From positions 23,163 to 87,162 of the forward strand of contig JAKURL010000007.1 in assembly GCA_022449345.1 (NCBI GenBank): a stretch of 64,000 bases of DNA. Reading direction: 5' to 3'. Shown here in pieces: positions 56,522 through 64,000 of this stretch. How positions within the stretch are numbered: position 1 is the first letter of the stretch; every line of letters begins with the position of its first letter. Under the pieces are notes generated by a model that saw nothing but the letters and a program-made list of their open reading frames with translations, did not search any database and was not told the DNA's origin. Source of the DNA: Candidatus Thalassarchaeum sp. Its GTDB lineage: Archaea > Thermoplasmatota > Poseidoniia > Poseidoniales > Thalassarchaeaceae. Both the position numbers and the translations under genes were made by a program.

Positions 56522-57904
56522 TCAACACAATTCGCTAAGATCTAGAATATGTCCAATTCTTGAATTCACATCCTCAATAATCGAGTTTAGTAATTCCTGA
56601 TTTCGCGCCTCTGCTCGCATAACCAAAATTGGTTCGGTGTTTGATGGCCTGCAGAGGTACCAACCGTCTGAGTAGCGAACCCTAATTCCGTCTTCAGTCG
56701 ACTTTTCCATATCTGCAAAAGCCTGTTCTACTGCAGCCATAGTCTCCTCGCGACCGTCAATTAGAGGGATTTTTGTTTCGTCTGTGGAAGGATAGTCTGG
56801 GAGGTTGGAGAATCTTTGAGAGAAACTTATGCCGCCAGCATTCGGCGCGGATTCCCGACCAACAATTTCCAACAATCGAGCTGCATTGTAGAGCGAGCAA
56901 TCGAAGCCCGGCCACCTATCGTGAAGGAAAAAGTGGCCTGACATCTCTCCGGCCATCACCGCTTCTGGATTATTTCGCAATTCTCGCTTCATGAATGAGT
57001 GACCAGTTCTAACCATTCTCGGAATACCGCCGCTGGCAAGGATCGCTTCCTCTAGTGCCATACTGCATTTGACATCGAAGAAAACGGTGCGTTCAGCCTC
57101 TGTTCCATCGCGGCGATCGACCAAGACATCAGCCGCGATAAGAGCCATCAAACGGTCTGGATGGATAAATCGACCTTGCTCATCCACGACTCCAATTCGA
57201 TCTCCGTCTCCATCCATCCCTATACCCAATTCACATCCATTCTCCACTACCGCCACAGACAGATCTGTCATATTCTTCTGACGGGTTGGGTCTGGTGGAT
57301 GGTTGGGGAAGGTATTGTCCCATTCACAATGAATAGGCACTAAGTCAACATCAAGTCGTTTCATGAGTTTGACAGTCAATGGGCCAGGTACTGCATTTCC
57401 ACAGTCGATGGCAATTCGGATAGAACGCTGAGGCTTGCCAGCATTTTCGACGATTGTCTCTACTACCTGTTCCTCAAAGTTTGGCATTTCAGTAATGCTT
57501 CCCGAACCGCTACGGAATTCTCCTGCATCAAATGTAGCCTTGAGATCCTGCAATTCTTCACCAGCCATTGGTAATGTGCCTCGACAAATCTTGAATCCAT
57601 TATACTCAGGAGGATTGTGACTTGCAGTAATGGCCACTGCAGCATCGACCGACAAGTCCACAGTGGCTCGATATAACACTCCTGTAGTAGTAATTCCAAG
57701 GTCGATTACGTCAGCCCCAGCTCTAGTCATACCTTGTAGGAATGCATTGTGCAATTCTGGACCAGACTCACGGATATCTCGAGCTACTGCTACGCATTTT
57801 GCGTCGAGATGAGTAACCAATGCAGCCCCCAATCTTTGGGCAAACTCGGCATCCAATTGGCTGCCGGCAAGGCCGCGAATATCGTAAGCCTTGAACACAC
57901 TCAT
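56522..57904 (-). CDS. Phosphomannomutase/phosphoglucomutase
   Basis: FKAYDIRG, TASHNP, DGDGDR, GEMSGH and RPSNTEP. Confidence 0.95.
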   Translation of the reverse strand: MSVFKAYDIRGLAGSQLDAEFAQRLGAALVTHLDAKCVAVARDIRESGPELHNAFLQGMTRAGADVIDLGITTTGVLYRATVDLSVDAAVAITASHNPPEYNGFKICRGTLPMAGEELQDLKATFDAGEFRSGSGSITEMPNFEEQVVETIVENAGKPQRSIRIAIDCGNAVPGPLTVKLMKRLDVDLVPIHCEWDNTFPNHPPDPTRQKNMTDLSVAVVENGCELGIGMDGDGDRIGVVDEQGRFIHPDRLMALIAADVLVDRRDGTEAERTVFFDVKCSMALEEAILASGGIPRMVRTGHSFMKRELRNNPEAVMAGEMSGHFFLHDRWPGFDCSLYNAARLLEIVGRESAPNAGGISFSQRFSNLPDYPSTDETKIPLIDGREETMAAVEQAFADMEKSTEDGIRVRYSDGWYLCRPSNTEPILVMRAEARNQELLNSIIEDVNSRIGHILDLSELC

Positions 57905-57975
57905 GAGTCAGTCGAAGCGCTCGGCCTTCATCATCCCATCGTGGCTATGGCAATTGGAAAATCGAGTCTTGAGGC

Positions 57976-58359
57976 TCAATTTGAACCTGAACCACGGACT
58001 GCCCGCGCTACGACTTCGACCTTTGCACCGGCAGGCAGTTCCTTCACTCCGTAAGCGGCGCGAGCGGGAAGAACAGTACCCTCCAACCAAGCGGCGTATA
58101 CATCGTTGAATTCGCCGAATTCAGCCATGTTCTCAAGCAGTACCATGACCATCACGAGATCGCCCTTTCCCGCTCCAGCTTCACCTAGCAATACCTCGAT
58201 TTTTGCCAGTGCACTGGTGGCCTGTTCAGTCATAGAATCTCCACCATCTATACCGATTTGACCAGCGACCCAAATATCGTCACCTACTACCATACATGGA
58301 TTGTAGGGGAACATCGGTTTTACGCCTGCATAAATTGGTTGCTTCTTACTCATGACCAT
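57976..58359 (-). CDS. RidA/YjgF family protein
   Basis: PYNP, AGQIG, FNDVYA and PARAAYGVKELPAGAKVE. Confidence 0.9.
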   Translation of the reverse strand: MVMSKKQPIYAGVKPMFPYNPCMVVGDDIWVAGQIGIDGGDSMTEQATSALAKIEVLLGEAGAGKGDLVMVMVLLENMAEFGEFNDVYAAWLEGTVLPARAAYGVKELPAGAKVEVVARAVRGSGSN

Positions 58360-58394
58360 ACCAGTCCAACTCGGATGATAGGGTTATTCCTTCC

Positions 58395-58859
58395 TCATTC
58401 CCTGAGTAATTCTACTATATCCAAGTGATCGGCTGCGACGGTTTCTTCATTCAAATCATCGATTGGCACCCAAGCCGCAGATACAGCATCATCAGCACCT
58501 CGCGGCTCGGTATCTAAAGCCGCGTCAACCAGATAGAATAGACCGACGCAATGCTTGCGAGGATCTCGTCCAGGTGCTCCCAAAATGTGCAAAACTCGAG
58601 GATTTTTGCCCTTGACTCCAGTTTCTTCAAACATTTCCCTAAGAACAGCATCTTCAGGGTCTTCGCCATAATCGACAAAACCGCCCGGGAAGGCCCACAT
58701 TCCTTCCCATACAGCAGGATCTGGCCCGCGTTCAATCATCAGCAATTCTAGACCGTTTTCAGTTTCCCTCGCTGCTACAGCATCAACGGTTACCGATGGG
58801 CTATGGTAACCATCTCTACCACATTCTGGACAACTGTTTGAGTTAGATTCAGCCCCCAT
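58395..58859 (-). CDS. Nudix hydrolase
   Basis: Intact Nudix box GGFVDYGEDPEDAVLREMFEETGV; RDPR; N-terminal CPEC. Confidence 0.93.
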   Translation of the reverse strand: MGAESNSNSCPECGRDGYHSPSVTVDAVAARETENGLELLMIERGPDPAVWEGMWAFPGGFVDYGEDPEDAVLREMFEETGVKGKNPRVLHILGAPGRDPRKHCVGLFYLVDAALDTEPRGADDAVSAAWVPIDDLNEETVAADHLDIVELLRE

Positions 58860-59739
58860 AGCGTCTCCTCCTCATTTGGTAATCTTCGATTGCCTCGTAT
58901 AGGTCTCTGCGTCTGAAAGACGGCCAGTGCACATCGGAGAAGTAGAGTTCAGAGTAAGCGATCTGCCACAATAAGAAATTCGAAATCCTTTCTTCACCAG
59001 AGGTTCTAATGACCAAATCTGGATCTGGTAAGTCCGCTGTGTAGAGTCGAGTAGAGATTGCTGATGGGTCGATTGAATCGAGGTCTATCGACCCAGAAGC
59101 ATGTGCCTCAGCGATTTCCTTTACCGCATCTACGATTTCTTCTCGTCCGCCGTATGCTAGACAGATTGTGAATAGGAAATCGCTGTACTCTGAGGTTGCT
59201 TCCTCCGCCTTGACGATAACATTTCGAACCCTTTCCGGTAGCAAATCCTTCCTCCCGACAACCTTAACTCGAACCTTATTGTCGTGAATTAGCGGGTCTT
59301 GGGATATTTCCTCAAGACCCGAGACATACAAGTCGAATAGAGTCTCAAGCTCTGATTGATCGCGTGAGGAGAGGTTCTCGGTCGACAAAGCATAGACCGT
59401 CAGGTAAGGAATCTCAAGGTCGAGAACCCAACGCATGACTTCCTTGAGTTTCTGCTTCCCAGCAGAATGTCCTGCTTCGGTTTGCATTGAACGATTCCAA
59501 GCAAACCTGCGATTTCCATCCATAATCATCGAGATATGTTTAGGCATCATTTCCGGACCTGCGGAAATCACTCGATCACGCAGACGATTTCTTCGTATTC
59601 TATCTGTACGAGAGATGAAGCTCCACGCTAGCCGAGAATTGGCCAGCCATTTCGCAGGAGCGGCAATGATTCGCCACCGCAATAGCCAATGAGCCAGAGC
59701 GTCTATTCTACGCCCTATTGCACTGGGGGTTCGTCCCAT
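58849..59739 (-). CDS. uppS: cis-prenyltransferase (undecaprenyl/polyprenyl diphosphate synthase)
   Basis: HISMIMDGNRRFA, YALSTEN, AYGGREEI, IRTSGEERISNFLLWQ and RRYGG. Confidence 0.95.
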   Translation of the reverse strand: MGRTPSAIGRRIDALAHWLLRWRIIAAPAKWLANSRLAWSFISRTDRIRRNRLRDRVISAGPEMMPKHISMIMDGNRRFAWNRSMQTEAGHSAGKQKLKEVMRWVLDLEIPYLTVYALSTENLSSRDQSELETLFDLYVSGLEEISQDPLIHDNKVRVKVVGRKDLLPERVRNVIVKAEEATSEYSDFLFTICLAYGGREEIVDAVKEIAEAHASGSIDLDSIDPSAISTRLYTADLPDPDLVIRTSGEERISNFLLWQIAYSELYFSDVHWPSFRRRDLYEAIEDYQMRRRRYGG

Positions 59740-59807
59740 GAGTAAACCAAATGTCAACTGCGCTAAAGGTCGTCGGCGGCAATGGTTCTGATTTAGAGTG
59801 GGAGAAA

Positions 59808-60353
59808 TCACTCGAATACAAGGTCGGCCGCATCTCCGACTTTGTCCAGAAGACCTCGCTCAGGATTGACTACGATAACCTGTCCAGCATGGTTCCAAAC
59901 AGGAATATCATGAACGCTATTTCCAGCGTATCCAAAGCCTTTCTCACCATATCGTGCAATCAATGTCTCGGCTTTCTTGTGATCTCTCAGGTTGATGACA
60001 CCATCCGAGCCAATTACATCGTCGAAGAGGCCGATATGTGCAGCGATTACCTCCGCGACCAATCGGTCGGATGCAGTAGCTAAGATGAGTTTTCGACCTC
60101 TTGCACTTTCTCCAGTCAACCAGTCAACGAAAGCCTCGTGATATTGTAATTCGGCGGGGTCAAATTTCAGTTGGCGAGCGAGGTTCTTTTTCCACTTCGC
60201 TCGTTTTCCAGTTAATTCTAGAAAAATAGTCGAGAAAATAGTCCAAGGCTTGCGCAGAAACACGCGTTTTGCGCTCATCACGCTCATGTCGGTGAGAATC
60301 AAAGTACCATCCATATCGACGGCCAAAGGCATCTCAACCGGTGTCTCCATCAT
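59808..60353 (-). CDS. HAD-family phosphatase, stand-alone homolog of the HAD domain fused to UbiA prenyltransferases
   Basis: PLAVDMDGTLILTD, LATAS, FDDVIGSDG...NL...K and YAGNSVHDIPVW. Confidence 0.8.
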   Translation of the reverse strand: MMETPVEMPLAVDMDGTLILTDMSVMSAKRVFLRKPWTIFSTIFLELTGKRAKWKKNLARQLKFDPAELQYHEAFVDWLTGESARGRKLILATASDRLVAEVIAAHIGLFDDVIGSDGVINLRDHKKAETLIARYGEKGFGYAGNSVHDIPVWNHAGQVIVVNPERGLLDKVGDAADLVFE

Positions 60354-60495
60354 AGTCAATCGTCTAACCCGCCCCGATTCAAGCCTTTGGAATGTGCAGA
60401 AGCCTGCCAACCGATTCCATCAAGCCCTCATCGGCCTTCGGTCGGTCGTGTCGCAGTCTGATTCAGCGCTCAACAGTGCATGGCGTCCTGCCGCA

Positions 60496-61722
60496 ATGGT
60501 TGAAGTTGACACCGATAGAGAACCTCCAGTAGGCTTCACTGCCCACCTAATGCGCGGAATGCGCTTCAGGCTTAACTTGTTAGAACCTGATGAATCATTT
60601 GCTTCACGTGATGGTTGGAAAAAGGCCACCAAAGATCTAGAGGCTTGGGGCGAAGTTCCGGAAGGAATTACCAATATCGAGGTGCAGTCAACAGACAGAG
60701 GCCCAGTGTATCATATTCAGGCCATAGACGGTTCATGGTTAGCCGAGGTTCAACCATGGGGTGGACCAAACATCAGGCCCCGTTCACGGATAGCACCTGA
60801 AGGTTCGAACGTCCCTTGTGGAGGATACCAATACGAAGAAGTCGACTTGATTATCCTACGCAGAAAATACGGATCAACTACCGATGCAAACTCAGTGTTA
60901 TTGGATCATCTTCAGCGCGACGATTTAGAATCTGCAATAACTCTAATCCATCGCTGCGGCGCTAAATTGGGCGATTACCACGCAGCAGCAGAAAAAGAAT
61001 GGGTAAATCCACCCGATCAGAAGAGATGGAACGAGCGATTTGGAGAGATTGAACAGCGTCTGAAAGCATCCGCTCTTTGGAGAGCTCCATTTACTCGCGG
61101 TGCTCCAGCAACACTCAGCCTAGGCAATGTTAGGTTCGGCATGTTTTCAGAAGATGAAACTGGAAAGATGACCATTAGACTTGGACCTTCGAGGCTTGCT
61201 CACGGACTTATTGAGACTAATCTGGATCTTCCTGCAATTCGTGATTTAGCAAGCCTATTGCATGACTTATCTTACATACACTACCACTCAGAAACCGAGC
61301 TAGACCTTAGCCAATTGAGGACCGCGTTAATCAAAGGCTGGTCCTCAACAGCTCCTGCAAAATGGTGCAACAACCGCTCCTTGAGTGCACACACTGGTGG
61401 CGTGGTAATTTGGGAGTATGAACAGGCTTTGCTTGACGTAGTTGAAGCGGTATCACATCAATCAGGTAGGCCGGAGCCCGCAGTGTCTCTAATCGAGAAA
61501 GTTCCATTGTTACAAACGTCTCTTTTCAATTCTAGAATACTCTCCGCTTGTTCAATTATGTCTGGCATATTGGGTGGAATGGGTTTGGCCAATTGGCTTA
61601 GACTTGCAATCAACGGCGAACTAATCTTCCCATCTACTCCAATCATCCTAATTGCAATCGCCTTGTTCCTTCGTCATCGATATCGTTCAGCAGCGCCACC
61701 AGCAGAACAGCCAATTCATTGA
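60496..61722 (+). CDS. Maltokinase/aminoglycoside-phosphotransferase-fold protein with degenerate active site and C-terminal TM helices
   Basis: GAKLGDYHAA, PAIRDLASLLHDL, LIKGW and WEYEQAL match the Mak/Pep2 C-lobe; catalytic HGD and DFE motifs absent; 2 C-terminal TM. Confidence 0.55.
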   Translation: MVEVDTDREPPVGFTAHLMRGMRFRLNLLEPDESFASRDGWKKATKDLEAWGEVPEGITNIEVQSTDRGPVYHIQAIDGSWLAEVQPWGGPNIRPRSRIAPEGSNVPCGGYQYEEVDLIILRRKYGSTTDANSVLLDHLQRDDLESAITLIHRCGAKLGDYHAAAEKEWVNPPDQKRWNERFGEIEQRLKASALWRAPFTRGAPATLSLGNVRFGMFSEDETGKMTIRLGPSRLAHGLIETNLDLPAIRDLASLLHDLSYIHYHSETELDLSQLRTALIKGWSSTAPAKWCNNRSLSAHTGGVVIWEYEQALLDVVEAVSHQSGRPEPAVSLIEKVPLLQTSLFNSRILSACSIMSGILGGMGLANWLRLAINGELIFPSTPIILIAIALFLRHRYRSAAPPAEQPIH

Positions 61723-62322
61723 TTACTCGACGCGGATGATTTCACCATTGTCAAATTCGTAATGCAATGGAATACCGGTTGGAATCTCAAGACTGGTGAT
61801 ATCTTCAGGTGAAATTCCTTCGATGTGCATTACGATTGAACGTAGTGAGTTTCCATGAGCTGCTACTAGGACATTCATCCCTGACTCAAGATCGGGGATG
61901 ATTTCCTCGACAAAATACGGAATCGTTCTGTCGGCGGTCATCTCCAAAGATTCACCGCTGGGAGGTGGAACATCGAAAGAGCGCCTCCAGATGTGAACCT
62001 GTTCAGTCCCGTGGATTTCAGCAGTCTCAGCCTTGTTTAGACCTTGCAAATCACCGTAATGTCTCTCGTTGAGGCGCTCGTCTTTTCGCGTCGGTATTTC
62101 ACCCGACACACGATTATTACTCATAACAATCTCAGCGGTTCGCTGAGCTCGAATCAGCGCGCTTGTGTGAACTACGTCAAAGCGAACATCGGCCAATTGC
62201 TCTCCAGCGGTCGCGGCCTCAATCTCTCCTTTCTCAGAGAGTTCAACATCGGTCCATCCGGTGAACCGATTGGCTGCATTCCATACAGATTGGCCGTGCC
62301 TAATTAGGACGAGTTCGGTCAT
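61723..62322 (-). CDS. gpmA: 2,3-bisphosphoglycerate-dependent phosphoglycerate mutase
   Basis: LIRHGQSVWN, RFTGW, LNERHYGDLQGLNK, WRRS and AHGNSLR. Confidence 0.96.
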   Translation of the reverse strand: MTELVLIRHGQSVWNAANRFTGWTDVELSEKGEIEAATAGEQLADVRFDVVHTSALIRAQRTAEIVMSNNRVSGEIPTRKDERLNERHYGDLQGLNKAETAEIHGTEQVHIWRRSFDVPPPSGESLEMTADRTIPYFVEEIIPDLESGMNVLVAAHGNSLRSIVMHIEGISPEDITSLEIPTGIPLHYEFDNGEIIRVE

Positions 62323-62340
62323 GAAGCGTGCCTCTCAATC

Positions 62341-63456
62341 TCAGCGACGCAGGCGTGGTTCATGGAATGTTAGTCCACAATCAGCTGCAATTCCCCTAGC
62401 AAGTAGGAGAATATCCTCCGTCATCTCTCGCTGTGAAGCAGATGATTGTACGGAATAGAAGTTGCAAGACACGGTTACCAGCGAAGGCCCGAATGCATTT
62501 ACCTTGACCCATGAATCATCTTCCTTCACGGCACGAACATCTTCCTTGACCTTCGCCAGTAGTTTATCACAGAAATTCTTCAGAGCATCTGGGTCAGAGT
62601 CCGCCTCGAACTCAAAACTTGGCTGGATTCTTCGGAATCGTCGCTGACTGAAATTCTCAACCGGTGAATTGACCAAATTTGAATTTGGCACGGTAATGAG
62701 TGTGTCCGCGGAGGAACGAATCAAAGTTGTTCGCAGACCAATCTGAACTACCTCACCTTCGATATCATCGACTAGAATCCAATCTCCAACATTGAATGGC
62801 TGATCAATGATTATGGAGATTGCACCGAAGATATTTGCTACACTGTCCCTAGCAGCCAGAGCCAGTGCTAGACCAGTGATTCCAAGCCCAGCGATTAGGC
62901 CATTCAAATTCAGACCGAATAACCCAGCAACCACGAATGCAGCAATTAGTGCTACAACTAGATGTCCAATAGATTCAGCCACACTTGCAAGTGAGCGTCG
63001 GCTGGCAGCATTCTCTTCTCCCTCGACTACGATGAATGCATCTAGGTAGTCGACTAGGCGATAGGCTGCAAGCAACATACCGAGCAAGAATAATGTAAAC
63101 GACCATTCAATTACATTCTCAGTGATTGAAGAGTCCCAAACAGGCTCACAGTTAACGTCTAGCCAGGACATCAATTCGGAGAAAATCAGGAATCCCATCA
63201 TCCAACCAACTGATTTTGGAGCGAGCAAGGTTCTTCCATCAATCCTATCAGATTTTGAAATTAGGTCCATAATTTTCGGGAATAGGAATCTTCTAGAGAT
63301 AATTCCACCAATGACCGATATGGCAATCAAACCGATTACTATGGCGATTGTACCGCCTGAAAATCCCAGTAAAATCTCGTCTCCTGCCATTATTTCATTC
63401 AACATTTCAGTCAGAAATCCGACATCAGAAGAGACAGTCTCCTCACCATCTTGCAT
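62341..63456 (-). CDS. mscS: Small-conductance mechanosensitive channel
   Basis: GLGITGLALALAARDSVANIFG, PFNVGDWI, IGLRTT and VPNS. Confidence 0.92.
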   Translation of the reverse strand: MQDGEETVSSDVGFLTEMLNEIMAGDEILLGFSGGTIAIVIGLIAISVIGGIISRRFLFPKIMDLISKSDRIDGRTLLAPKSVGWMMGFLIFSELMSWLDVNCEPVWDSSITENVIEWSFTLFLLGMLLAAYRLVDYLDAFIVVEGEENAASRRSLASVAESIGHLVVALIAAFVVAGLFGLNLNGLIAGLGITGLALALAARDSVANIFGAISIIIDQPFNVGDWILVDDIEGEVVQIGLRTTLIRSSADTLITVPNSNLVNSPVENFSQRRFRRIQPSFEFEADSDPDALKNFCDKLLAKVKEDVRAVKEDDSWVKVNAFGPSLVTVSCNFYSVQSSASQREMTEDILLLARGIAADCGLTFHEPRLRR

Positions 63457-63556
63457 GGCTCTGCCGACAACTTCCCTTTGATAAATACGCCGTCGGTCCT
63501 TTGGACCGATATTGCGAGGTATTGAAGACCACCTATGGTGTCGAGGAGGCGTTCCC

Positions 63557-64000
63557 ATGGCGGTTAGCAATTCAACTTCGGCCTCTCAAGAGGTATATCG
63601 AGCCCGTAGAATCCCTGCTGTAGCACTGATTTTGCCGCTTCTGCTTTCGGTGGCTGCTCCTATTGCCATGGTGGCCCCAGTTGAGGCCCAGGATGCCGAC
63701 CCGGGCTACGCTCCCGAAGACATCTGGTCGGAGGAGTACGCGTTCCAGATCTTCCCATGGGGCCCACATGGCAATTTCGACCAACTCCAGTTCCGTGAGT
63801 ACCATGACTACTTCTCGATGAAGGAGAGGATGCAAACTCTAGCTGCGTACTACCCTGACTTCTTGCAGTACCACGAAGGCCTTCTCGGCGGTGTTAACGC
63901 CCGCGGCGACGAGATGACCTCCGAGGACTACGAGGGATGGTACTACAAGCACTCGAGCCCATGGATGAAGATTACTGGCAACGTTCAGGGAGGCGATTAC
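63557..64000 (+). CDS. Secreted M14-like zinc carboxypeptidase, N-terminal part (runs off the window; not in the ORF track)
   Basis: Manual translation is open to the edge: signal peptide RRIPAVALILPLLLSVAAP..AQ, then EYHDYFSMKERMQTLAAYYPD...WMKITG, typical of the start of M14 domains. Confidence 0.65.
   Translation, partial: MAVSNSTSASQEVYRARRIPAVALILPLLLSVAAPIAMVAPVEAQDADPGYAPEDIWSEEYAFQIFPWGPHGNFDQLQFREYHDYFSMKERMQTLAAYYPDFLQYHEGLLGGVNARGDEMTSEDYEGWYYKHSSPWMKITGNVQGGDY

Noticed and set aside
60250-60495. N-terminal extension of the kinase-like ORF
   Set aside because: Overlaps the divergent HAD gene and the shared promoter gap; ATG 60496 preferred
63572-63835. 87-aa - strand ORF
   Set aside because: Antisense to the + strand secreted peptidase frame that runs off the window
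1-64000. tRNA, rRNA, integrase or transposase genes
   Set aside because: Intergenic gaps are short, and I recognised no cloverleaf/T-loop, rRNA or recombinase motifs by eye; tRNAscan-SE and Infernal would be needed to exclude them formally

Overview
A gene-dense (~50% GC by eye) chromosomal segment of an archaeon. The archaeal information-processing genes (MCM, GatE, Pus10, eL21, Rpo4, Spt5, P0/P1 stalk proteins), bacterial-type dPGM and DnaJ, large secreted proteins and peptidases most resemble Marine Group II Thermoplasmatota (Poseidoniales); this assignment is an inference. The window is mostly core genome: mcm-gatE, ftsZ-secE-spt5-uL11-uL1-uL10-P1 and pus10-eL21-rpo4-DUF655-rsmA, plus pgk, a phosphomannomutase, uppS and gpmA. 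I found no rRNA, tRNA, CRISPR array, integrase or transposase. The most notable observations are: (1) ORB-like origin boxes directly upstream of mcm; (2) a Nudix-fold domain fused to Spt5, followed by a uL11 with no N-terminal domain and a uL1 autoregulatory RNA motif; (3) several conserved folds that have lost their catalytic or selectivity residues, namely a CcoN-like membrane protein without heme/Cu histidines, an aquaporin-like protein without NPA motifs and a membrane-anchored maltokinase-like pseudokinase; (4) a very large AddAB/AdnAB-like helicase-nuclease pair with two Fe-S-type nuclease domains; (5) a DUF4430 + CbrT-like B12 uptake pair; (6) a cysteine dioxygenase with eukaryote-type active-site residues; (7) an RCC1 plus 16x Cys-repeat surface protein; and (8) a small orphan or virus-like cassette. 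All family calls come from motif recognition by eye; no database searches were run.
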